Source: Eledone cirrhosa
Lineage: Eukaryota
Length of the DNA stretch: 64,000 nucleotides
Assembly (NCBI GenBank): GCA_964016885.1
Contig: OZ024741.1
Coordinates: 181,970,001-182,034,000, forward strand
Direction: 5' to 3'
Of the stretch, positions 30,372 to 43,094 are shown piece by piece. Each line of letters starts with the position of its first letter. The first letter of the stretch is position 1. Under the pieces are notes generated by a model that was not told the origin of the DNA, did not search any database, and was given only the letters and a program-made list of their open reading frames with translations. Made by a program: the position numbers and the translations under genes.

Positions 30372-32942
30372 GAAAGTTAGAGTTAATAACTCATACTGAA
30401 ACCATGTAATTAACAAGCTCAAAGTATAAATACTGACCATTAGTGGATTGGCAGTATCGGTAGAGGGTCGGACGCCATGCTTTCCAGCATAGTTACGTCC
30501 CTTTACAGTCTGAATCAAATCCCGCCGAGGTTGACTTTGCCTTTCATCCTTACGGGGTCGATAAAATAAAGTACCAGTAATGTACTGGGTAATTGCTGGC
30601 CTTGTGCCTAAAGTAGAAACAATTATAATAATATATGTAGTTAGAAACACAGTAAACCGTGTGTCTAATATTACGAGGGTGAAGAACCACAAATGTTTGA
30701 AGTATTTTACCATGAAGCAGACAGAATGATTAAATAAAATAAAATTATATTATACAAACCGCCTCAATAACTATTATATCTCTCGGACAGATTAGGGATT
30801 AATCTGTTTCGCCCTGAGTGTGTTTGTAACTGATAATCCACGGGCATCATCAGCGAGAGAATCTGATTAAATGCGACAAACACCTAGTACCAACGTTCAC
30901 ACAGAAAAAGGAATTCATCACCTCGTGTGCCGTAAGTCAAAAGTAGTGTGAATGTATTGGTTAGAAATAACAGTCCAACACACGCGACTTTATAAGCTCA
31001 CCTCTTGAGGGAGCCGAAATATAAATGAAAGTTAGAGTTAATAACTCATACTGAAACCCTGTAATTAACAAGCTCAAAGTATAAATACTGAGCATTATAA
31101 TAATATATAGTATCGGTAGATTGTTGGACGCTTTCTAGCATAGTTACGTCCCTTTACGGTTTGAGTTCAAATCCTGCCGAGGTTAACTTTGCCTTTCATC
31201 CTTACGGGGTCGATAAAATAAAGTACCAGTAATGTACTGGGTAATTGCTGGCCTTGTGTCTAAAGTAGAAACAATTATAATAATATATGTAGTAAGAAAC
31301 ACAGTAAATCGTGTGTCTAATATTACGAGGGTTGAAGAACCACATTTGTTTGAAATATTTCAAACAAATGTGGTTCTTCAACCCTCGTAATATTAGACAC
31401 ACGATTTACTGTGTTTCTTGCTACATATATTATTACATTACCTCCAGCATAAACATTTTTACATTAACTCCAATATGACCATCTTTGAATGCAACTAATG
31501 CGCCATATAATCTTTACATAACATAATAATAGCGTAGATATAAATGTTATCTGTTTTACCTTAATGCATGCTATTATTAACATTTGTGGCGTAATATGCC
31601 TGATATATTCACTTTTAGTTATACTCTTCTTATAACACCTTGCAACATTTTGATATCTTTTTACTGTAATATCATGTATATGTTTGCTATCATTGTACAT
31701 CTGTATTACATTAATGCATGCTATTATTAACTTTTTTTGTGTAATATGTTTGATATACTCACTTTTTGTAACACTCTCTGTATAAGATCTTCTAATATTT
31801 GGCTATCTTTTCACTGTAATATCATTTTGTTACTCTTGTTTTTCAATATGATGTTACTGACACTATTAGTAATAATGTATCTTAATGAAGGTTTTAAAGA
31901 CTAGGAATGTAATTACTTGTTTAAACACTGTGTATACTCCGCTGATTCCAGACAGTTGTCTGGAAGAAACGATCGTCAACAATTAAATACATCAATCAAA
32001 AAATTTAATTGTTTTGTATTTTGTATATATATATGTATATGTATGTATATATATATATAATATATTACTGTTGTGAAATATTGTGGCTTTTTTTGGTTGT
32101 AACTTCTCTGTTTTTTAGCCTAGGAAAATATATATATATGCCTACGTATATAATTACATGCATATATGTATTTATTTTCTGTTATTAATTGAGTTCTTTA
32201 CACGAGGAATTAATATTGGTTTTGAAATAACTAATTAACCCGCGTGTGTTTTATATTTTACTCTTAATAATTCGGCCGGAGAATTATATTCCCATTTGCC
32301 CTTTATAGCATAACTTTCTGCATTTACTGCGGTTATGAGAAGCGGTTTTTATTCGGGTACAACTTCTGATTTAGCCTAAGAAAATATCTATATGCGAGTA
32401 TAATTTATACAAGCATATATTTATGTTTTTATTTTTAATTGAGTTCTTAAACACGTTGGATTGATAATGTTTTCAAAAAAACTAATTAACCCGCGTGTAT
32501 ATTATTTTTTTTCCTCATTTCGTGGATCGTGGGTTGTCTCCCCTTCCCGCTTCGTGTCGCTATGATACTTCCTCAGTCAAAAACTGCTGGAATTTCAAAT
32601 TTGGCGGTCATTCGAGGTGAGAGAGAGTAACTTTACGGACATGATTTTTGACAGCGGTAAGAAATTGTTTTCTTATATCAATGTTTAATGGCCTTCCACT
32701 GATGATTTATATTAGGCTCCCAAACTTGTAGAAAACTTATAATGAAACAATTGTTTGGAAAGAGAGATATACTTTAACTTTAATTATATTTCATAAAATA
32801 ATACAACTGGTTTTTCCACATTATACATATTGTTAGCACCCCAAACAATTAAATTGGGTTTATATTTTAATATAACCTTATGTTTGTTGAGTGAGATGGT
32901 TACCAGTCAGAGTTTAGCTTTAAACTATCTCTGTTATTGTAT

Positions 32943-33005
<63 letters not shown>

Positions 33006-33138
33006 TATCTCTCTCTCTCTCTCTCTCTCTCCTTCTATCTCTCTTTCTCTCTCCATTTCTCTCTCTCTTTATCTCTTTATATATATATAACCTAGTCTGG
33101 GGTTTAATCTCAGCTAGGATTCATACTAAGGGGTCTTA

Positions 33139-33183
<45 letters not shown>

Positions 33184-33400
33184 GCACGCATGTATATAAG
33201 ATTTAATATAGAAATGGCCTCTACAAGACTAGAACTGTTTCATTCGAAGGAAATGATTCGAAAAGCCTTGATGACTTCCTTCGAATGAAAAAGTTCTAGT
33301 TCTTTAGAAGCCATTCTATATTAAATCTTGTATATAATCTGCTATGTTTTGAGTAACTTACTTACTGTGGTTGCCCCCGATTGAACTCCCCCCCCCCCAC

Positions 33401-33440
<40 letters not shown>

Positions 33441-33890
33441 ATGTATATATATATATATATATATGAATAAAATTAGTCCGTCATCAGTGATCGTCTAACC
33501 GTCATTGGTAATTCTTCGCATTAAAGATCATATACCTCTAGCTGGTGCGAGCAATAACTAAAAAAATTTATTGGGATACGTAAAATAGGGTGAAGCGAGC
33601 GAGACATGTAAACAGAGATGGTAATGCAACGGAAAGAGAGGAAGAGGAGAAAGAAGTCCGTGATATCTGTGAACTTTAGTTCGATCAAATCATAGACGAG
33701 GAAAGATAAAGACCGTCCGAGCTGAGTGAGATATAAGCGAGAAAAGTATTTCACACAGGTCAAACAGGAGGAAGTGAGAGAGGGGGGTAGCAGAGAGTGA
33801 GTGACTGGCAACTGAAAGAGAGTGACTGGTAGAGGGGGTAAAATGAAGGTGAGAGATACCGAGAAAGGAGAAGCAGTAAGAAAGAAACAT

Positions 33891-33925
<35 letters not shown>

Positions 33926-34545
33926 AAAGGCGAGGTTGGAAATAGCACGGAAAATATATTTTAGGGTTTGTTTTTTTGGCGAGGGAGGGGTTCCTTTCTT
34001 TGATTCGTCAAAGTAACATTATTGAAAAGGTGACATTATTGAAAACATGAGAGGAACAATCCTTTTAAAAAAAGAGTTTATGATGTATATAAAGTATAAC
34101 CGGTTTCGATGTATTATTAAAATTCATCTTATCAAATGTTGAGTATTACAATTAAAAAGAATTCATAAGAATTAAAAACTTAAGTCCCCTTCTGAGAAAG
34201 GAAGATGTAAAAAAAACTTACTCCAACACTTAATTTTAAATATTTAATTTTTAGTTTTTAATTCTTATTAATTCGTTTTAATTGTAATACTCAACATTTA
34301 ATAAGATAAATTTTACTAATACATCGAAACCGATGATACTTTATATACGTTATCTTTTTTTAAAAGGAATTGTCCCTCTCATTTGTTCAGCAATGTCATC
34401 TTTTCAATAATGTCACTTTGACGAACTAAAGGAAAAAAAAAAACCAAAAAAAAACCAGACCCTAAAATATATTTCCCGTGCTATTTCCAACTTCACCTTT
34501 TCTCGATATCCAGTTTTGTATAGAACCTTACTTCCCTTTTCTAAA

Positions 34546-34625
<80 letters not shown>

Positions 34626-37600
34626 AATAGAAATGTCTGTGGGGCGGAATAAGGAAAGAGACGTCTAGTGTAGCTCGTTCAAAAGCGTTAACTTCTAACG
34701 ACTTTCAACAATAAAATAAAATTGGTTCCACTTATCAACGGCTTTAAGGTTAAAAATAAAAACAAACATCTTTAAACAAAGTAATAACTGCATGAATACC
34801 CCGGTTTCGGAGAGCCTGTGAAAGCCATGGGCAGTACTCTACATAACTTACCTATAAATAACAATAAAAGCAATAGATTGTTGCTTCGGAGTATAACCAA
34901 CAAAACAAAGTAAATACACTTAATTCTATGAATTAAGAAATAAAAGAAACAATGTTGAATTGTTAATACTTCACAAATTTTATTTTTCTCTCAAGGATCA
35001 TAAAAGCAACTTTGAATGTAAACCTCCATTAGAGTAATTAATACAACAAAATCTGAAATAGGAAAAATAGTAAAACAAATTTTCGACATTAATTAAATTC
35101 TGAAGAATTTCTGTCTTACTCTTATGGAATAGCCGGAACTTTCTCTTAATCCAGTTCAATAGAACATATAACAAACAAAACTAATTCATACAGTTTAACA
35201 TTATAGATTATTGCTAATTTATTTCAATGGGTTGCTCCAAAAAGCATTAGATTTTACCCTAAAGTACTTATAGACCAATGCTTCTGAGACTGATATTATG
35301 TATGCAAAAAGAATTGGCTGTATTGATTCACAAAAGTGATGGTGCTTCATTCGATGCCAGAATAATCTTGATAACATTACTTGCCTTAAAAAGTGAATTA
35401 TACGAGGACGATGACATATTAATCCTTAGAAATAAAAATAATTAAGGTGAAAGAGTTTTAAAAAATCCTTTTTAAATTATACAAACAATTGTATTTAAAT
35501 ATCACAAAAGACACCAACAATAAAATAGTAAATTGTTAGACATTACTTTAACATCGGATATTCGAAAACATAATCCTTATAGAAAGCCTAATTAAACACT
35601 CTCATACATTAACAAAATACCGAATTACTCTTCTTCTATATTTAGAAGAGTAATATTCAGTTTCCGCCGTATATCTTCCAACATAATTGTATTTAACTGT
35701 AACATTTGAACACAATAACCCCAATAATCACAAAATTAGAATATATACAGAACTTTGTATTACACTGTTGATGTAAGCTCTTGTATAACCAAAATGTTTT
35801 GAAGTTAATAGAAATAAATTTTCCCAAGGCAAAATAAAGAATCTGTAACTTAAGCTTCATTGGAATCTATTATTCTACAACTGATAATGTCTCTATACAA
35901 TTAACTGTCATTAACAGAAACTTGTGACCTCATCAATTAATAACAACACTATAGAATGTAATTGCATTCATACAATATAATAATTTCATTTGTCACATAG
36001 TATATTGCAAATTGCTGCCAGCAATTAATTCGTTTACCGACAATCTACGATATAAATGTAACGCGACAAACTGATGCAGTTCCCGACTAACTCAGGCTCT
36101 GCTCCACGCTAGGCTGAGGAAGGCAAACTCACCAAATATCGGTCGTTCTCCAACAGGTTTGTGATCGAGCCTGTAGCAGTGGAGACTTCTGGTGCCCTTA
36201 ACCCTAGCCCTCCAACCATATCTGCATAAATAGAACTATAACACACCGGTTTGAAAATCTGATATTATTTCGACCAAATATACTTTGGTTTTAAAATTGA
36301 AAGATTGTATGTTTATACAAAAGTACACATTTTGGGGTTTGAAAGAGATTTAGCTTTACTCAACTGAGAAACGAGCCAGCATTTTCGTCGAAGAAAATGC
36401 GCTCAATTATAAATGAGATATGATATTGTTTTGAAGGCAGATAGCCGAGTTCATTAAAAAAGACACCAACATTAAAACAAAGGAATATAATGAAAATTTT
36501 CTAAGTTACTAAAATAGAGCAGGGTCATTACCATGTGCTTTTTGCAGCATTAACATGGAGTTTACGAATAATGTGTTCTCTTTGGTTGCGCGGTTTTAGG
36601 CATTGTTACAATATAATGATTTTAAATAATTAAAAGCTCAAACAATGCATATAAAAATTAAAACGTAGTGTTTTGTTCTAAGTCTTCAGTCTGAAGAGAC
36701 TTTCAACAATGAATATATGTAAGATGTTATTTTTCACGCCAAGAACTTTTTAGTGTTGGTTAAAGGTCGATGTTTGAAAGAGCATACGTTTTAGTAGAAG
36801 TCATTCTATAATTTGTTTAAAGTTTAAATCTCACACTTAAGAGATAAAAAGAAAAATAGATCTTAAAATCTATAATCTCTTCCTTTAACTTTAACAGCTT
36901 TTACAAAGACTTCAAATAATGCCTATGCTTTTCGACACTTTGAACGTTAACCAACTCTAAAAAGTTCCTGGCGTGAAAAAGCAAAAGAGATCTTATATAC
37001 GCTGATAAATGTCTCTTTAGACTGAAAATTTTAGAGTAAACAAGTTTTAATTTTTTATACGTATTGTTTTGCGCCTCTAATCATTTGATATCAAAGCACC
37101 CCCACCCCCCACCCCCACATATATATATGTATATATATATATATTAATAAATGGAAAAGAATGAAACGAAATTTCATTTATCACTCTTAGTACGGATGAT
37201 ACCTAAATATAAGTATGTATACGTACATACATATATGTGTACAGACGCACAGTAGTATGTATATATATATACATACATGCAGACATATATATATGTACGT
37301 ATGGATTTACCGAACATTTATTATAATGTTCGGTTTGTTTGTAAACAAACATCCCGAATTACGCCGTACAGTGCTCGGTAACCATCGTCGCCCTTTTGTT
37401 CAACACTGACACAGGAACGATGTACTAGTTTCAAGCTTATTAGCTATCGTCAGCATCCTATACCTTTCTGTCAGATGATTGAACGTCTGAAATTATATAC
37501 TTTCCTTATGCATATTAACGGCTGAGCAGCCTAATTTACATATCGAGTGAGTTAGTCGGCTGGGCATACCGAAAACGATAAATGGAAAAGAATGAAACGA

Positions 37601-38839
37601 AATTTCATTTCTCACTCTTAGTACGGCTGATACCTAAATATAAGTATTTATCATTATTTTCAGTACACCTTCTAGGAGGTCCTGTAAGAAGCAACCCTCC
37701 CTAATTGATCCGGCTGATTCTCCAAACAAGAGCAGTAGACCTCATGGATGTTATCTAACCATCTTGCTCGGCTTCAGCACCTCTGTATCCTGCCGGTTCG
37801 TTTCGCCCGTAAACTCTCTCCACTGATTCTTTCGTGAAATATTCTAACCACATAATCTCTCAATTCGGAGAAGTAGCGGCTCTACCTGGAATGATCGCAT
37901 GATCTCCGAGCTACGCGTTCTATCAAGTAATTGTTTCTACTTTAGGCACAAGGCCAGCAATTACCCAGTGCATTACTGGTACTTTATTTTATCGACCCCG
38001 TAAGGATGAAAGGCAAAGTCAACCTGCGTTCTATCAAGTAATGTTACTCAAAAAGCCCTTCGCGGAGGACCCCATTGCGGCAGCTTGCGTATGCAATCGT
38101 ATTATTTCGGTCATTACTCAAGATTCACGACGACAGGTAAGGGCCGGCACGAACACTGAATTGAAGATAGCGAGTTTGGCTTTTACACCTATCTCCTTTC
38201 TTCTGATAACCGAATGCTTAGGCCGGCGCATTACTGCACCTGCTATTCCTTTACTTAATTCTCTGTTTCGTTTTCTATTACCTTCGCTTTTATTTTATCC
38301 TCGCATCATTCTCAAACTTATCAATTTATTAATAAATCCTCTTTTCCATTTTCTCGCGAATGTCTTGTTGTGCTGAGAGAACGAGATAGAGAGAGAAATA
38401 GAGAGTGTGGGTGAACGAAATACAGGCGTTACGAATACTATGTGCGTCGTAATGTTTAATAGAATAAGAGAAAGCAAAAGTGGGGAAAAGGGGAATTAGA
38501 GAGACAATGATTCATAGACAAAAGTCGGAGAGAGAGAGAGGGAGGGGGAGAGAGAGAAATGGTGAGAGAGGAGGAGGTGGAGGATAGGGACGCGTGGAAA
38601 GAGGCAGATAGCTTGAAGTAGCGAAAAAGTGTTTTGAACCAGCATTACATTACTGTTGCTAAGACAACAGTGTTTACTTAAACGAGACAACTGCCATATT
38701 TCTTTTGTAATGTTTATATATGTAAGTAATATGACGACACACGTTAATACAATATTTCTATCAAATTTCCTAACATGTTTTAGAGGATTTCAATGACCAG
38801 CTTCTCTCCATTTCATCTACTTCAACTGATACATTTTCG
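23047..38839 (+). CDS. Tentative second microexon chain (23047-23106, 29534-29540, 29668-29701, 32577-32616, 38784-38839)
   Basis: AG/GT-bounded segments chain in phase to [66 protein letters not shown]; picked manually, no homology. Confidence 0.25.
23299..23649. repeat. Compound (TA)n array with recurring aaatatatatacaat unit
   Basis: Directly visible. Confidence 0.9.
23839..24023. repeat. Inverted pair of minimal hammerhead motifs (23839-23882 minus; 23985-24023 plus)
   Basis: gtca CTGAGGA n-gtcac..gtgac GAAA GAGCTT in both arms; helix I gtca/tgac is complete in the minus copy. Confidence 0.6.
24470..24756 (-). mobile_element. Inverted copy of the Tx1/L1-clade 3' UTR with (TTA)n tail
   Basis: Near-identical reverse complement of 25625-25910. 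Confidence 0.85.
24757..25923 (+). mobile_element. 5'-truncated Tx1/L1-clade LINE (ORF2 C-terminus, 3' UTR, (TTA)n tail)
   Basis: zf-RVT-like [18 protein letters not shown]; frameshift near 25410; aataaa followed by ATT repeats. Confidence 0.85.
25930..28500 (+). mobile_element. Two tandem decayed Tx1/L1-clade ORF2 fragments (about 25930-27055 and 27056-28500)
   Basis: [11 protein letters not shown]..[12 protein letters not shown]..GGLGMP occurs twice; CxxC..ETVLHA..QC knuckle. Confidence 0.85.
28510..28775 (-). mobile_element. Tx1/L1-clade ORF2 3' fragment, inverted
   Basis: Reverse-complement similarity to 28040-28250. Confidence 0.7.
29948..30075. repeat. Perfect inverted repeat (about 50 bp arms) around a (TA)n spacer
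   Basis: gatcgaatttcccaacttgtatatttcgatcgaacagttttcaattt and its exact reverse complement. Confidence 0.9.
30363..31435 (-). mobile_element. Retrozyme/Penelope pLTR-like element: 655-bp partial tandem unit with embedded SINE and terminal fold-back
   Basis: 30366-30708 is repeated at 31021-31360; palindrome at 31278-31435; hammerhead at 30779-30860. Confidence 0.65.
30779..30860 (-). ncRNA. Type I hammerhead ribozyme, fully paired
   Basis: UCUCUCG CUGAUGA U GCCC..GGGC GAAA CAGAUUA-AUCCC-UAAUCUG UC CGAGAGA: 7-bp helix I, 4-bp helix II, long helix III, GUC site. Confidence 0.85.
31561..31825. repeat. Diverged direct repeat, 150-bp period
   Basis: ttaatgcatgctattattaac at 31561 and 31711, with similar downstream sequence. 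Confidence 0.7.
31935..31985 (+). ncRNA. Degenerate hammerhead remnant
   Basis: Stem ttccagaca/tgtctggaa, then GAAA CGATCG TC; the 5' core is mutated (CCGCTGA). Confidence 0.4.
33191..33337. repeat. Inverted repeat (about 60 bp arms) with hammerhead 3' half
   Basis: tataagatttaatatagaaatggc..cattcgaaggaa versus ttccttcgaatg..ctatattaaatcttgtata. Confidence 0.75.
33922..34504. repeat. Long diverged inverted repeat (about 260 bp arms) with a TTGATAA-type hammerhead remnant (about 34095-34140, minus)
   Basis: Arms 33922-34184 and 34251-34504; minus strand reads TTGATAA gatg..catc GAAA CCGG TT. Confidence 0.8.
36060..36210 (+). mobile_element. CRE-clade RLE retrotransposon C-terminal remnant
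   Basis: Translates [29 protein letters not shown], similar to 42070-42318. Confidence 0.6.
36620..37090. repeat. Old diverged inverted repeat (about 200 bp arms)
   Basis: tttttcacgccaagaactttttagtgttggttaa versus ttaaccaactctaaaaagttcctggcgtgaaaaa. Confidence 0.7.
37147..37646 (-). mobile_element. Direct-repeat unit (431-bp period) enclosing a minimal hammerhead at 37419-37457
   Basis: About 70 bp repeated at 37147 and 37578; minus strand gatg CTGACGA t-agct-aata-agct-t GAAA CTAG TA catc. Confidence 0.65.
37915..38043 (-). mobile_element. 5'-truncated SINE A with 17-bp TSD
   Basis: gcgttctatcaagtaat flanks both sides. Confidence 0.8.
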
Positions 38840-39516
38840 GTGTTTTAAACTCAGTAGGTTTATTCTCGTTCCTACGGAAACACCATGCATATGAATAACA
38901 TGTAATATCTATGCAAATTAGGTTGTGGTATTAGTAGAATCATTACAGAGTAGGATCAAGTGCTCCGAGACATTCGGTTACGATCCTTTAAGTTTTAAGG
39001 TCAACTTTGCCTTTCATACTTTCGAGATCGATAAGATAAAGCATCAGTAAAATACTGGGACCGATTTAATTGACTTTCCTATAAACACAAATTGTGGACC
39101 TAGTTCCTAAATTCGAAATCAATATGCATATGCAAATCGCGGTAAATTTTTATGAACCCACTGGCAGTATGGCTAAAGCTTCTGACAAAAAGCTTTAAGG
39201 CATTTAGTTACGAATTTCTACGTTCAAATCCAGCCGTGCTCAACTTTGCCTCACATCCTCCCGGAGTCGATAAAATAGAATGTCAGTCAGGTACTGGAGT
39301 TGATGAATTCAACTTTGCTCCACCCCCAAATTTGGTGGATTTTGAGTCTAAATTGAATATATATATATATATATATAGTAATAATAATTAAATGTATACA
39401 TACACATATCTTCCTGTTTTCCTTCGGTTGCAACGTTTTTCAAAATATTTACTTCTGCGTTCACAAATTGATTTTTTTCAGTTTCAGAAGATCCTGTTAA
39501 CGGGATCTTCTGAAAC

Positions 39517-39587
<71 letters not shown>

Positions 39588-41539
39588 ATTTATATATATA
39601 TACATACATCTGTATGTTGTTGACGGTTGAAAGAAAAGAGTACTCAATAGTGAAGTAGAGTTTTATTCATTTTATTAAGGATAAATTGTGAATCATGTTG
39701 TTCTTGAGTTCCACCTGTTTATCACAGCGTCGTCAGAGAAGCGAACCGCCACAATTTTGAGAACTTGAGCTCAATGGCAGTATCGACAGACCTTCGTCTC
39801 TGCTTCTTCTTATTAGCCCACGTATTCCTGCAAGTGAAAGAAGGAGGACTTATTTCGAAGCCAAACATTTAAGCCTCTTTCTTTGCTCTCATAATATCTT
39901 TAATCCCTTGCGTGAACCAGCGCCACACCAAACCGATTTCGCCCGCAGCATTTAACAGCTGAGGCAGAAGCTGCCGAGCTGAACAGTCTCCACCCCACTT
40001 CAACGCCCTCAGTTTGATTGGGGAGTTCTCTGAATTTGGATACAGCAATATCTGCATAGTTTCTCCTCCTGATCTCTTTGACAGCCAGCGCTTCCTACAT
40101 TATATTGTAGGTCGAGCTGGATCTACTAATTATGTGGCTTTTCTTAGCTTTAGTTAGTCTCAGGCTGCAGATAACTAGAGTGGAATCAGTTTACATCTTG
40201 TCCCTTCTCTTAACACTAACATCCAGACCAGAGTCAAAGAGATCAGAGACAATAACATAATCAGTAATTGATCTCAGTTCCCAATTCCCATATCAACAAT
40301 TCGGAATTCATGCCAACCCTTACCTGTGGTCATGTGGTCATGAATCTTGAGTAATGACGTATGAAAATGATGGCGAATACAAGTGACAGAGGTTTCTGGA
40401 GGAACGTTACTCGATGCAGTGCGTAGCTCGGAGCCCTGGGGGGTCGCTCCAGGTAGATTAGCTACTTCTTCAAATCGAGGGATCAAAGCCCCAATACTAC
40501 GGACATGCGTTTAGAACGTATAAGAAAGGATTATAAACAAACCCGAGCGGCGAGAGAGCAAAGGGTAGAACTCGAGCAAAATGGTTGAATAACATCCATA
40601 GCTTGGCTGGTCTTCCTTGATGGTCCAATCAGATTAATTGGAAACGGTTGCTTCTGACAGGGCCTAGTGCAAGGCATGCTTGAAGACTCTGCTCCCATGA
40701 ACCTCGCAAGCATAAGCAGACGTAGACAAAGAAGAAGTCTATACAATGCTGTGCATATGTTTCAATTGTTATCGTATATTTGAAGAAAATTAGACATTAC
40801 ATGAAAATAATCAATTTCAATCAGCTAGTCAATCCTGCAGCATTTTTATGTATGAGGTAGTATCATGAGGTAGGTTACTATGAAGTATATTTACATATGG
40901 TTTTCCTTTTTAATCTAAGCAGAAGGAAGCATTCATTTACATTATCCTCCATTTTATTGGAGTAATCTAATTTTCCTTTCCCTCACTTAACAAAACTATA
41001 TCCTGTAATACATTTTAGGTACAAATGTGACTACTCCACTATCGTATACATAGACTAATCTTCAGTCCATTAGTAGAGTTGCTGCTATCGCAAGTCCTTT
41101 CAGATGATTGTCTCCACTTGAAAAAATGTACGTAATTTTCATGTCGCATAAGATGTGTATATATGAATATTTATACATAAATAGAAATACGCAGTATACT
41201 TACAGACGTGTACGCCATTCTCTCTCTTTGTCTAGCTCTCTCTGTATGTATATATATGTGTATATAAATGTGTGTGTAAGTGGGTGGATGTGTGTGTGTT
41301 TGTGGGTGTTATATTACTATAGGTAGCACCAGTTTAAGCAAACATATTTCGATTTTGATCTAAGCATTTGATAAGCAAATCAGCACCAGTGTCATGGCCG
41401 ATCACAATCGATTAAGAGCTCAAACTGATCATTTGCAAACACACACACACACACACACACACATTCACACACACAGACACACACACAGACACACATACAC
41501 ATATACATATATACATACATACATATATATATAAATATA

Positions 41540-41581
<42 letters not shown>

Positions 41582-41582
<1 letters not shown>

Positions 41583-42787
41583 TAGCAGAAGTGCCCGGCG
41601 TTGCTCGGAGTTTAATTGCTTTAAAGTACTCTTAATGATTCCACTCAATTATGATTATTGAGGCAAAGAAAGTAAAGGTAAGCAAGGAAGCAGGGTAGCG
41701 AAACATTTCAATTGAACAGTGAATAAGTAGAAAGTGAGTACTAAGTAAGTTGTATGAAGAATGCACGTCAAATAGTAGGTCAAACCTGTAAACCAAGCCC
41801 GTCTGAGTTATAGCACAAAAGAGCGTAAAGAGGGGCGATAATTTGGAGCACACTCGAAAAAATAATCATCAAAATCGGACGTTCCTGAAAAAAGTTTTTT
41901 TTCTCATATTGCTAAAAAACAAAGAAAAAAAATTACAAAAAGGACAACAATAAAATATGTCTTTGTTGAGATTCAAGTAAATAAATGCTTAAGTGTCGTT
42001 ATGACTACGTTTGTTGTTGTATAAATTCATCTGTTGCTTTTGAATATTTGTTATTTGATGTAAAATGTAATGGCCAAATACCGGTCGCTCTTCAACAGGT
42101 TTGCAGTCGTACTCCTGGCAGTGGAGACTTCTGGTGTCCTCGGCCCCAGGGCTACCTCCTTACTCACCACCATAGGCGCTGAGCTGGCCAGCCACTGGTG
42201 TGAGCCCCGCGAGCTGGAGTGGATTTTCCAGCGCGACTCCCTTGCCGTCCTCCGGGGAAACGCCTTCTCCATTCTGTCCGCCGGAGCTGTGGGTTGGCCC
42301 CATTGCGTACCGTTGTAGTTGTTGTATACAGATATTAACTCACTTAGAAAATGTTTTGAATGAAATGTATTTAGTTTTATCGGCTTTTTAAGTTTTGTTA
42401 TTTGATGCATGAGCGTCGTTATGACTATGTTTGTTGTTGTATAAATTGATGTGTTGCTTAGTTTTTAAAGTTTATTCCTGAACGAAGTTTTGTCGCTATT
42501 AGAGTTGCAGAGGAGATTGAGAGGGGAGTAGAGGGAGGGATGAACCTTTTAAAGAGAGCTGCAACATGTATGTAGTTTCATCGATTTTTGAGGGTAGTAG
42601 AGAGAGGGTTACCGCATGTATTTAGTTTTATCGATTTTTTTCATAGAAGCAGGACATTTTTGGCAAAGTTTATTACGCTTTGACCATCGTTGGTAAATTT
42701 GGAGCACAGCGGAAAAAAAAATCATCAAAATCGGTAGAGAAATGGAGAAATGCATAAAAATCATACACACACAGACAGACATCTTCC

Positions 42788-42800
<13 letters not shown>
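41582..42800 (-). mobile_element. Non-autonomous Helitron-like element carrying a CRE-like fragment
   Basis: Minus-strand 3' end ccgagcaacgccgggcacttctgCTAG|t; 5' end tatatataaaacggaagatgtctgtctg. Confidence 0.7.
42070..42318 (+). pseudogene. CRE-clade RLE domain C-terminal fragment
   Basis: KYRSL..AVETSGVLG..FQRDSLAVLRGNA. Confidence 0.7.

Positions 42801-43094
<294 letters not shown>

Noticed and set aside
34780-34850. Twister-like pattern (TAATAACTGC..GGTT..AGCC..GCAGT)
   Set aside because: The loop 4 consensus and pseudoknots could not be matched by eye; an Infernal search would decide
34860-36050. Possible decayed CRE RT body ([12 protein letters not shown] near 35390-35420)
   Set aside because: Single weak motif in AT-rich sequence; not enough to call
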